DNA from: a virus
Taxonomy: Duplodnaviria > Caudoviricetes
Reading direction: 5' to 3' (one strand)
IMG/VR virus record: IMGVR_UViG_3300022895_000025
Location: 1 to 26,116 of that record
DNA length: 26,116 nt
Made by a program: the position numbers and the translations under genes. Below, piece by piece: positions 8,984 through 18,900 of the stretch (the first letter of the stretch is position 1; every line of letters begins with the position of its first letter). A model generated the notes under the pieces. That model was not told the DNA's origin, did not search any database, and saw nothing but the letters and a program-made list of their open reading frames with translations.

Positions 8984-11761
8984 TTATAGTTTTGTTGCTT
9001 TTATTAAGAACGAATAATCTTCTGTTGTATCTTTAAGTAATCCAGTATCTGGGTCTGACTCTAGAACTTCACCTTTTTCAGTAATCAATCTTAATACTGA
9101 GCCATTCGTGTCAAATGTTATCTTCTTCACTTTCCTACCGATTTGCAACTTTACAAATTGAGAGCTAGGTATTGTATTCTTATTTCCTATACCTAGAGTT
9201 CCATTGTTAGAACCATTTACATACACATTTCCATTTGTACTCAATAACGCTTGATCTTGTCCCCAGTAAATAAAGTCAACAGGAGGATCGTTTGTTGGGT
9301 ATCCAGTAGTAGCTTGGATAGTTCCTGCTTTAGTACCCCAAAATAATGCTCCACCTATACCGTAAATCTTACCATCTGTCATGTAGAAATAAGAATTACT
9401 ATCATCTTGAGCCATTACCTTTATTACGGTTCCTTTTGCGTTAATTAACGAAGCCTCTTTTGGTGTGCTAAATACATATGGATATGAGAACGGTACACCT
9501 AGAGCAGAATTGTCATTCCATCCACAAGCGTAGAGCTTTCCATCTGTTCCATAGAAGAATGACCTAGATGAAGTTCCTTCATATCTAGTGTATGATAGAT
9601 TTTTTGCTAACTGCACAGGAGTTACAACCTTGTCTTCTGTACTATTACCGAATGTGGAAGAAGTATCACCTACTCCGTACCATTTAGAATCGCTTTTCTT
9701 AAAGTAGTAATTCCAACTTGTAAAGTTGGCGTCTATTGCATATGTAGAATCTTCATATAGGGTTGGTTGCCATAAGATAGTACCGTAAGGATATTTAAAG
9801 CCAAATCCTACGTCCCATGCTTGACCCCATACATATGTGTTACCAGTTTCTGATAATGCTGCTCCACCTGTGCCATTTCGGAACATTCTCTTTATTTTTT
9901 CTGTGAAAGGAACTTTGTAGAATTTATACGGTACTACATTTACATTTTCCGGTAATCCCATCCAACCTTTTGTGTTCGAATAGTAACTAGAAACATAAAC
10001 ATCACCGTTTTCGAATACAACAAATTTGTTATTTTCTCCTAAAGCATCTATGATTTTTCCTCTAGGAGTTATCGAGAATGTAACACTATTTCCTAGCACA
10101 TCGGTAACTATTATATTATGTTTCGTTAATGAAGAAATCTCATATAAAACGTAATCATCACTTTCATCAATTAGCGTAGAACCATGAGGGTATTTGATCT
10201 CTTTGATTGCCTGAGTACTCAGTATTCTAGCATTTATCTCGTATTTGTTAGTAACGGGATTAAATGAGTCAGAATACTCACAGTCATAGGCTCCTACTTT
10301 ATCAATCGAAGTGATATATAAATCTTTCATAACATCATTGCCAAATTCGTCCTTAGCATATACGAACATGATTCCATTTTCTTTGATGACAGCACTATAT
10401 GTGTTCGTTGTCATCTTTGTACCTAAGTTTAAGTTGGTACGGAAGTCTTGAATCGTTTTATTCGTTGCACTAGTATCTGAATCAGCACAGAAATAATACC
10501 TCTTATCTGTAATTTTATTAGAATCTATTATAACAATAGTCAACTCTTTATCAGAATTAGTCCAAGTTTGATTATTTGGAGTCAATGTAAAGTTAATTGT
10601 TGGGGGCGCGTTATTTACACGATCTAAGTCTTCTTCTCTGACAGTTAAGAAGTAAATTTTCTCTCTACCATCTGCGAATTTTAAATAGATAGTAAATTCT
10701 CCTGCTTCAGTAACTAGAAATGAGTCAGTAAAGAGTGTGCCTGAATTTCGGAAATAAGTAATATCAAAATGTCCTTTTGCATATTTGGAAAAGAAGATAG
10801 GAGTATCGTTTAGCACTGTCACTTTACCACTAGAAATGGTAATCTTAGTGTCTGGGTCTTTCAAATTCTCTGTTGTTACAGCGAATTTATAGATATACTC
10901 GTTACCACCATCATCTTTGTAATAAATAGCCCATACTCCAATTTTATCTACAGGGAAGCTATCAGTAGTGAATGATGTGCCATCAGCCTTTACTTCTTGT
11001 AAGGATTTATCACCATATATATAACTTCTTACAGTAACTGCTCCTCCCCCATAAAATTTTAAATTTGCTATGCCATTTGATGTTGTAACAGATAGTCTTA
11101 GTTTATCATTTAAGTCTGGATGACCAACGTATTCTTCACCGCCATCTTTAGTTCTATATTTAGCAACGAAGTTTTCATCAATATATAAACCGTGTACCCA
11201 GTTCTTAAAAACACTATCTTTCGTATGATTTTCTAAAAATGAAGGCATATGAGATATGTCTATTTTGCCATCAGAGTTCAACTTAGCTATTCCGTTAGCA
11301 ACGCCTTTTTTATTTTTTTGAATAATGTCGTTAACTATGCTTTCGAGATAATCCGACTGATTTTGTAAGTCCTGTATGAGTTCTATGTATGCTAACTCAG
11401 AAGTTCCTATAGTATCAAAGAAGCCTACTAAAATTTCTTGCAGAGAAACTCTTCCTGTATTATCTTCGAATGATAAAATAACTTTATATACTCCAAGTTC
11501 AACTATTTCGTCCTTATTGAATATGTGTTGAATATAATCTACGCCATTTATATTGACTTTTTGACAAGGCCGTTTTATGTAACCGCCTTGAGGGAAGGTG
11601 ATAGTGACTTCACCTTTAGAAAATGAAGATATATCATATGTTTTTTTATTATCATATATAAGGAAATTGATAATAGCAGTGTCTTTTCTTCTGAACGTTG
11701 GTACTGATGAATAATATTTAAATTTTATATCAGCTTTAACAATCCAACTATTACTAAACAC
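8984..11761 (-). CDS. Tail fibre/receptor-binding protein 1 (925 aa): BppU-like N-terminus, 2-3 ~80-aa/Ig-like repeats, C-terminal RCC1/BLIP-II-like beta-propeller
   Basis: FRRKDTAIINFLIYDN N-terminus paralogous to fibre 2; RCC1-like blades ALSETGNTYVWG, FYGTDGKLYACGWN...LG, FYMTDGKIYGIG and LLSTNGNVYVNGSN..LGIG. GTG start with AAGGAG RBS. Confidence 0.78.
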   Translation of the reverse strand: MFSNSWIVKADIKFKYYSSVPTFRRKDTAIINFLIYDNKKTYDISSFSKGEVTITFPQGGYIKRPCQKVNINGVDYIQHIFNKDEIVELGVYKVILSFEDNTGRVSLQEILVGFFDTIGTSELAYIELIQDLQNQSDYLESIVNDIIQKNKKGVANGIAKLNSDGKIDISHMPSFLENHTKDSVFKNWVHGLYIDENFVAKYRTKDGGEEYVGHPDLNDKLRLSVTTSNGIANLKFYGGGAVTVRSYIYGDKSLQEVKADGTSFTTDSFPVDKIGVWAIYYKDDGGNEYIYKFAVTTENLKDPDTKITISSGKVTVLNDTPIFFSKYAKGHFDITYFRNSGTLFTDSFLVTEAGEFTIYLKFADGREKIYFLTVREEDLDRVNNAPPTINFTLTPNNQTWTNSDKELTIVIIDSNKITDKRYYFCADSDTSATNKTIQDFRTNLNLGTKMTTNTYSAVIKENGIMFVYAKDEFGNDVMKDLYITSIDKVGAYDCEYSDSFNPVTNKYEINARILSTQAIKEIKYPHGSTLIDESDDYVLYEISSLTKHNIIVTDVLGNSVTFSITPRGKIIDALGENNKFVVFENGDVYVSSYYSNTKGWMGLPENVNVVPYKFYKVPFTEKIKRMFRNGTGGAALSETGNTYVWGQAWDVGFGFKYPYGTILWQPTLYEDSTYAIDANFTSWNYYFKKSDSKWYGVGDTSSTFGNSTEDKVVTPVQLAKNLSYTRYEGTSSRSFFYGTDGKLYACGWNDNSALGVPFSYPYVFSTPKEASLINAKGTVIKVMAQDDSNSYFYMTDGKIYGIGGALFWGTKAGTIQATTGYPTNDPPVDFIYWGQDQALLSTNGNVYVNGSNNGTLGIGNKNTIPSSQFVKLQIGRKVKKITFDTNGSVLRLITEKGEVLESDPDTGLLKDTTEDYSFLIKATKL

Positions 11762-11782
11762 TTAACCACTCCTTTTCTAATT

Positions 11783-12229
11783 TTATTTCTTTGTATAGTA
11801 ATCAATGGCTTTTTCAAATTCTATACACCAATTATCAAAGAATGTCGCTGCATTTCCCTCTAATTCAATTTCGTCATTATGAAGGATAAATTCTCCGATA
11901 GAAATAATTGCATCCTTCATATATTCTGAACATTCCAGATAATAAAACTCTTCATCTAATGTTGACATATCTTCCATAGCTTTATCGAAGAATTTTGGTT
12001 TCCATTTAATAGCACCTTTATCTGTCATAATTGGGTTACCGCTAGCGTCCAATTCTGCGTATTTATTTATAATAATCTGCAATTCTGGCATTAGCTTTTC
12101 TGAAAGATAAGTACCGAGCTCTCTAACAATTCTTGTCCTCATTCTAGAAAGCTTGGTACCTTGTATTTTCACTCCATGTAAGAAATCAGCAAAATAGTTT
12201 ATTTCATAATTTCGTATTTTGATATTCAT
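11783..12229 (-). CDS. Small tail-region protein, DUF1617-like
   Basis: 148 aa; the F..FL....L.G..SRMRTR...KYAELD..GNP pattern is typical of the small gene after Tal in Firmicute siphophages. Confidence 0.6.
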   Translation of the reverse strand: MNIKIRNYEINYFADFLHGVKIQGTKLSRMRTRIVRELGTYLSEKLMPELQIIINKYAELDASGNPIMTDKGAIKWKPKFFDKAMEDMSTLDEEFYYLECSEYMKDAIISIGEFILHNDEIELEGNAATFFDNWCIEFEKAIDYYTKK

Positions 12230-12240
12230 ATGTATCCTCC

Positions 12241-15108
12241 TTAGTATAGTCCACTCACAGTAGCTCCACTAAAATCTACATGACCAAAAAATCTAGTTGT
12301 GTATCCGCTACTGCCTATTGTTACAGCAGACCCTATATATACTTCTGGAGCAGATATATTCATAGACCATCCTGTAGAAACTATTCTAGCTGTATTATTA
12401 AAAATAATTTGTTTTTCTGCACCATAATATTTTTCACCTAAATAGATATTATTGCCTACTTTTAAATCAGTATCTATGTCAATACTTCCTGATGTTACAT
12501 TTCCTATATTTGAGGATAAAGAGCTTAAAGAATCCACTTGAATTTTATTAGCCCTTATAAATCCAGATGTTATTTGGTCAGTATCAATATTGATAGCTTT
12601 CATAGTTTCAGCGCTTAATGATCCTGTGACTAAACCTTGAAATGTACCAGAAGCCGCAGACAAACTCCCAGTAAATACCCCATCTACACCATTTAATGTG
12701 CCAGTAAAGGTACCACCTGCTGCTACTAAATCACCAGAAAACGTACCGCCAACATTCTTAATATTTCCAGTAGCCCATTCTAAACGTCCTGCAAACCAGG
12801 CATCACCATTATTACTTATTTGGAATGTTAAACCTCCAGAAGCATTATAACCTTTGATGCCAGTACCATCTATTACTACACCTCTATTTGTACTAGTGGA
12901 TGTTCGGATAGATAAGCTTCCTATAATTTCTACTAATCCAGTAGCCGCTTCAACATTAAATGTTCTTACGCCATTACTATTAAAAGTACGAATACCTTTT
13001 CCATCAATCTGTACACCACGGCTAGGATTGTCTGTAGTCCTAATATCGAAAGCACCATCATGAATTCTTAGCCCATATTTGTATTGAGAAGGGGAGTCAG
13101 GCTCTTGATATTTTCCTAATTCGATCTTTTTCACTCCGTTGGCATCATATACAGTCTGGGTAGTTCCATCAATAGTAAAAAGTCCATTATCGCTTTCAAT
13201 TACTAACTTATTGCCTAATATCATTCTACCGTACAGCCTATTGGCAAATACGCCATTTTTATTAATGGCAACTTCTACAGAATTACCTGCGTTTTTTGTT
13301 ATAGCTAGTATACCGTTATTAATTACAAGAAAAGCTTTCTCATCTTGTAAATCCTTACTATAAAATCCACGTTCAGTCATTGTATTTGAATTTGCCGTAC
13401 CACCAAGTAGTACATTTCTAGCAGTATCAAAATTAGAATTAATCATATGAGTAACTAGATTATTTGCATTTACAGCTAAATCAAGTTTGTATTTATTCAT
13501 ATTAACGGTAGTGGAGGTATTGTGAGATGAATAAATCATATTAACTAATTTTGAATTGTCATCTTGTAAATCTTTATCATTAGCTATAATTAGCGAAACA
13601 TCATTATTATCAAAGTCATAACTAATTTCTATAACTTTAGAGGATATACTAATATCTAAGGAATTTGAGATTAATTTAACTGTATCTCCTAAATTAATTT
13701 TATCTCTATCTCCTACATACTCCAGATCGTTTAAAAAATTTGTGATTTTAAATGACATTGTAATAGCGGGTTCATTAACAACTTTAAAATACTTTGTTGA
13801 AGCATCTAATAAATCTTGTTCTTCAACAATAGTGTCATCAGAAAAATCTTTGCATATTATGTATTTATTTAATTCTAGTAGTTCACTTTTTGTAAAATTA
13901 TTTTCTACATCTAATAAATTGTATAAAGTTGCAATAGATGTTTCTATTTTTTTTATTTCGTTTTCTTTAGAGTCAATTTGAGTCTTTTTAGAATTAATTT
14001 CTACATTTTTATTATTTATTTTATTAATAATTGTTTGCCATTCTGATTTAGAAGTTGCTTCATCTAAATAAGTAGCATTAATAATATCTAATTCATTATG
14101 AAGCATCTTCAGTTCAGTGTCATACACACTCAACTCTTGATTTAATGTAATCAATTCTGCTTTTTTAGTCGAAAGTGAAGTTGATAAATCTTTAAAATTA
14201 TTTGCATTTTGGTTCAATAATTTATTGTATTTTAATAAAGCAATACACAATACATCACTCATATATTCAGAATGTTGGATAACATTATAATTATCATCAC
14301 ATTTGAAAGGATACATATACCAACTAAAATCCTCTAAAAAATTTGAACCAGTAGGGGAGAGTGAGCGAAATTCAATACCTTCATTACCATAGCAATACAT
14401 GCGTGTGACAATTTCATCTATGTTAATGTCTACATTATATGACTCTAAAAATTTTCCCTTTTTTAATTTCCATCCTCTGTTCAATCCATTTTTTTCTGGT
14501 TGATAGAATGAAACTTTTTGATTAACTGTGTCAAAAAAAATAATAGCATTAAATTTTTGAGCTACATCAAATAAACATTGCAATACAGTTGAGTTATCAG
14601 TTTCGTATGATCGCTTTAATGAATTCGAATTATTAACATCAAACTCTACATCAATATGTTCAATTCCCCAATCAGTCTCTTCTAAAAAATCAAAGACTAA
14701 TTGACTTAATGTGTATGATGTCGCTTCATATAATTTAATTAACTTATTATTTAAAAGGTATCCAGAGCTTAACAAATTATATGTAATAGTTTCTTCATCA
14801 TTTGACATCGACTTGCCTTGATTCATTACTACAAAATATTCTTTTGAACCTTTGAATTGAAATTCAACTAAATAGTAAAGCTTAATTTCAGTAATAAGCG
14901 GATTTTCAATTAAGGAATGATTTCTCTCAATATGAGAAGGTATAGAAAAGGAAAGCTCATTAATAGCCCCTAATTTTAGATTTAATTTTAAATCGTAAAT
15001 ATCTTTTAATTTAAAAATTCGACTTTTATCAGGCTTACAAAGATACATATTCGGTGTAAACTCTTTTTTAGATAAGATATCATCAATATACACTGACAGG
15101 ATGTTCAT
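12241..15108 (-). CDS. Tail-associated (Tal)/baseplate hub-spike protein, prophage endopeptidase tail family
   Basis: Follows Dit; N-terminal LGAINELSF and IVTRMYCYG..GI...SPTG.NFLEDFS motifs, INLGDTV, a central coiled coil and C-terminal GxFxGxL beta-spike repeats. Confidence 0.85.
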   Translation of the reverse strand: MNILSVYIDDILSKKEFTPNMYLCKPDKSRIFKLKDIYDLKLNLKLGAINELSFSIPSHIERNHSLIENPLITEIKLYYLVEFQFKGSKEYFVVMNQGKSMSNDEETITYNLLSSGYLLNNKLIKLYEATSYTLSQLVFDFLEETDWGIEHIDVEFDVNNSNSLKRSYETDNSTVLQCLFDVAQKFNAIIFFDTVNQKVSFYQPEKNGLNRGWKLKKGKFLESYNVDINIDEIVTRMYCYGNEGIEFRSLSPTGSNFLEDFSWYMYPFKCDDNYNVIQHSEYMSDVLCIALLKYNKLLNQNANNFKDLSTSLSTKKAELITLNQELSVYDTELKMLHNELDIINATYLDEATSKSEWQTIINKINNKNVEINSKKTQIDSKENEIKKIETSIATLYNLLDVENNFTKSELLELNKYIICKDFSDDTIVEEQDLLDASTKYFKVVNEPAITMSFKITNFLNDLEYVGDRDKINLGDTVKLISNSLDISISSKVIEISYDFDNNDVSLIIANDKDLQDDNSKLVNMIYSSHNTSTTVNMNKYKLDLAVNANNLVTHMINSNFDTARNVLLGGTANSNTMTERGFYSKDLQDEKAFLVINNGILAITKNAGNSVEVAINKNGVFANRLYGRMILGNKLVIESDNGLFTIDGTTQTVYDANGVKKIELGKYQEPDSPSQYKYGLRIHDGAFDIRTTDNPSRGVQIDGKGIRTFNSNGVRTFNVEAATGLVEIIGSLSIRTSTSTNRGVVIDGTGIKGYNASGGLTFQISNNGDAWFAGRLEWATGNIKNVGGTFSGDLVAAGGTFTGTLNGVDGVFTGSLSAASGTFQGLVTGSLSAETMKAINIDTDQITSGFIRANKIQVDSLSSLSSNIGNVTSGSIDIDTDLKVGNNIYLGEKYYGAEKQIIFNNTARIVSTGWSMNISAPEVYIGSAVTIGSSGYTTRFFGHVDFSGATVSGLY

Positions 15109-15121
15109 TTATTTATCTCCT

Positions 15122-15907
15122 TTAATAGTATAATGGTCTATCTTCATTTAAATATTTATATTCAAGGTAAAATTCGCAGTCAAAATTGCCTTTAAAAATA
15201 AGACTTACGGATGAATTTTTATCAACATCTAACCAAATATCATTATGATTGTTATGTAAATATCTATTATGCGATTTTTGTAGACTACTAACAATTTCTT
15301 CATTTTCACAATTAATTAGGATAACTTCCTTATTATATAGATTAGTTAATTTGAATTCTTGTCCATTACCTTGATTAATAATAGATATATCTCCATCACC
15401 AATTTTTGAAATTTTTAGTTGAGGTCGTATAGTTATATCTCCCTCGTTGTAAAAATACACTTCATATTTGTCTCGTACAGTCAAATCATGCCTAATGAGA
15501 GGAGAGTAGCTATATGGTGAGTCACATCTGATATTTAAAGTTACATACCCATTCTGACATCCGTTATGAAGAAGATTGCTGTTGCCCTCGATAATGGCAT
15601 AAAAAATACGATTTGGGTTAGATTCTAAAATTAATGGTTTATAATAGTCTGTAAACATCCATCTAGCTATCTCTCTTAAATTGTTTCTATCTTCCCATTG
15701 TTCAATAAAAAAAGATAAAGAAAAAGAGAGCGGATTATTCTCCACTCCCATAAAATAAGGTCTATCTTTTCCGTTTATCTTTTTCTCTCTGATGGAACGT
15801 TGTGGTAAAAAAATATCTTTATAAAGTCCACCATCTTCATTAATCATTACAACACCCATGTCTTCACTAGACACCCCGTCAAATGTGAAATTTAGGGATT
15901 GGTGCAT
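15122..15907 (-). CDS. Distal tail protein (Dit)
   Basis: FTFDGVSSEDMG start, GYVTLNIRCDSPY and NEGDITIRP motifs; TAATG-coupled to the tape measure. Confidence 0.88.
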   Translation of the reverse strand: MHQSLNFTFDGVSSEDMGVVMINEDGGLYKDIFLPQRSIREKKINGKDRPYFMGVENNPLSFSLSFFIEQWEDRNNLREIARWMFTDYYKPLILESNPNRIFYAIIEGNSNLLHNGCQNGYVTLNIRCDSPYSYSPLIRHDLTVRDKYEVYFYNEGDITIRPQLKISKIGDGDISIINQGNGQEFKLTNLYNKEVILINCENEEIVSSLQKSHNRYLHNNHNDIWLDVDKNSSVSLIFKGNFDCEFYLEYKYLNEDRPLYY

Positions 15908-18900
15908 TAAAATCTACCTCCTTTTTCTCGTTTTATTCTATTAACAATGGTTTTACCAAATGTATCAGCCTGTTCTTTATTAGCCCCTATAATATCACCA
16001 AATTGAATATGAATAATTTCTTCATTTGTGATAGGAGATATTTTTTGAGGAGGATTAAACTTAGATAGAAAAGGGGATAAACTCGACATAACTTTTTCCA
16101 TAATATTAATAGAATCAAATAGACCTTTTGTATCGGCTTTGTTCAATATAACTTCATCAGGATGGGCAATAATGGCTTTTCCTCCTTTACCATCAATACC
16201 TTCACCGGTCCAATTCATGAAGCCGCCAGTGTCAAGAGAAGCAATCTTTTTCTTCAATAATTCTCGTGTTGTAGGATTATCAATCATACTTAGATTGGAA
16301 TTAAAGAATGATTTTAATTGATCAATTTGAGCTGACGTATATGTATTTTTAACAGAATCAAAAGTCACATTTTCAGAAATATCTGAGCGATTATTTCTTC
16401 CTTGCATAGCAACATAATCTGCTTTACTTTTAAGGGCAGTTCTAGTGTTGGCATTTAAGGACGGATCGGGAACGAGCTTTTCATAAATGAATTTACCTAA
16501 CATAACTTGCATATCACCTTTAGATAAGCTGGAAGGTTGATTGTTGCTTCCGTTGTTGGTACCTTCATGTTTATTGCCAGAAATACTGTTAATAAACTGT
16601 TCAATAAAACTATTGTACTTGTCTCCTAAAATAGCTTTATTACTATTAAAATAGTCGTACAACGAGTCTTTATCAGCTTGAGTAAGTATCTTCATAGATT
16701 CATCAAAACTGGCACCATCTTTCGAAAAACGAGTACTATCATTATCTCGACCCTCTTTTGCTAGTTTTTCTGCCATTTTACGAACGCTATCTTTATCTTT
16801 CCCAGAAGCATTAGGTAGAACTTTATCATATAAAAATTTACCTAATAGAACTTGTAAGTCACCATTAGATAGACTACCTTTTGATGTTTCTATCCCATTT
16901 TCTGTATTAGGATTGAAATTGAGTGAACCGTTATCTGTTGAAATTTGACTATTATTAAATTCATTAATAAGTTCTAATGCATTTCTTAAATTATCAATTA
17001 CATTTTGTCTAATTGATGTTCCAACAGATTGCATAGTACCATCCAAGGTATCTTCTAAAAGAGGCATTGTATTAATCATGTTTTCAATATACATTTTAAA
17101 ATCAGCATCTACATTTTCAAAATGTTTTGATAAAATAGCTTCTCTTATTTGAGCAAATTTCCGCTCATCATTTAGCAAGTCATTATAATGTTTTTCCCAA
17201 TATTCGGTTTCCCGATTAATCTTGTTGATTAAATTTTCATGCTCCGCCTCTTGAAGCTCTATTTTTCCGTTTATTTCCTCTTCTTTAGTCTCTAGTAAGT
17301 CATTTAAGCCCTGCTGTTGGAGTTCAATGTCACGGTCGTGTCGTTTTTCTGCAATGTCTTTATCAATTTTATCCAGCTGTTCTTGTAATTGCTTCCGTTT
17401 TTGTTTAGCTTCATTTGAGTTATCAAGCAGAAGAAGATTATATTTTGCTTGTAAGTTATCACGCTCTTTTTCCATGTCATCAATCTGCATGTTATAATCA
17501 CGCTCAGATTCTTGACGGTCAATTAAACGTAGTTTATCTTCAACATTTTTACGGAATAAATCCATTTCATCTTGAAGATTTTTCATGATTTTCTCATGTC
17601 TTTCATTTTCACGCTTAATTTCATCGTCAAGCATCTTAATATGTTCATCTCTGCGTTCTTGGATATATTCCTTATAGGCATTAATGACATTATCAGCAAT
17701 GTTTTTAAGTTGAGATTTATTAGCTTCTTCTATTTGTTTTGTGTAATCCTTAATGGAGAGGGTAGCATTCAGGTAAGCCAAATGTTCATCTTCTAATAGC
17801 TTTTTCACTTCTTTGATACGTTCAGCAGTAATATCACGTTGCTTTAATTCTTCCATCAAGGCATCTCTTGTTACTAAATGCTGTTGAGCTTTTTTTTCAA
17901 ATTGTTCTAGTATAATTTTAGTGTATTTAACATAATCAGCAGAACCCTCATCAAACATTTTACGAATCAATTCAGCTCGATTTATTTCGGATTCTATAGC
18001 ATTTATTTTCTCATCTGATTGGGTTTTGATATTGATTAAAATATCAAAATCACTATCTTGAATATCTACTTGTAACTCTTTAATACCAATCGTTAGCTCT
18101 TCAATTCGTTTTTTTGCAGATTGTAAAGCATCGCCAAAAAGTTTGTTTCCATTTACCAAACTTTTTAATTGAGTTAGTTCATAAAGATTGGCATTTTGTT
18201 TTTCCTTCATCGCATTACTGATATTCACAAGAGTTTTTACATATCTTGCAGAAGATGTATCTAATTCTTCAATTTTCGCTTTTTCATAGGCAATAACATT
18301 ATCCTGTATTTGACGTTGTTCTTCATACTTTGACATGTAGGATTCAACTTTTTTAGTACCTACGTCCCAAATGGTAAAATCTATCTCACTATTGACATTG
18401 TTCAGTTCATGTAGACGTTGCGTATACTCATCAATGACCTTTTTTGAGGCAGTACCACTCTTAATAACGCCTTCAAGATAAGCAATTTCATTTTGGTTAA
18501 TTTTCTTTTTATCATTTAAAGCAGCTGTTTGTTTGTCTAATTCTTTACGATAGGATTCTGATGTAACAGTGAGCTTCCTTAATCTGTTATCACTAGTTTC
18601 CAATAAGTTATCAATCGTTGTCTTTTTGTTTTCAAAAGAGGAAAGATAGCTATCTATAATGCCGCGCTCAAGATCTTCTACTAAATCTTTTTGGTTTAAA
18701 ATTTGTTGCTGTAAACTTACTAATTCAGATCTAGTTTGATCAATAGCTTGTTGTGTCGTGTCAACTGCAGATGATGTAGATGATGTGGCTCCATTTTTTG
18801 CATCAGTATAGTAACTTGTTGGATCTACGCGTTGTCCGTTAGCATTCTTCACTTCGTAATGTAAATGTGGACCTGTCACTCTACCAGAAGCACCAATATT

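Noticed and set aside
12620-13050. Gly-rich repeats at the Tal C-terminus as a novel feature
   Set aside because: GxFxGxL and GV.IDG.GI repeats are ordinary beta-spike elements of siphophage central fibres.
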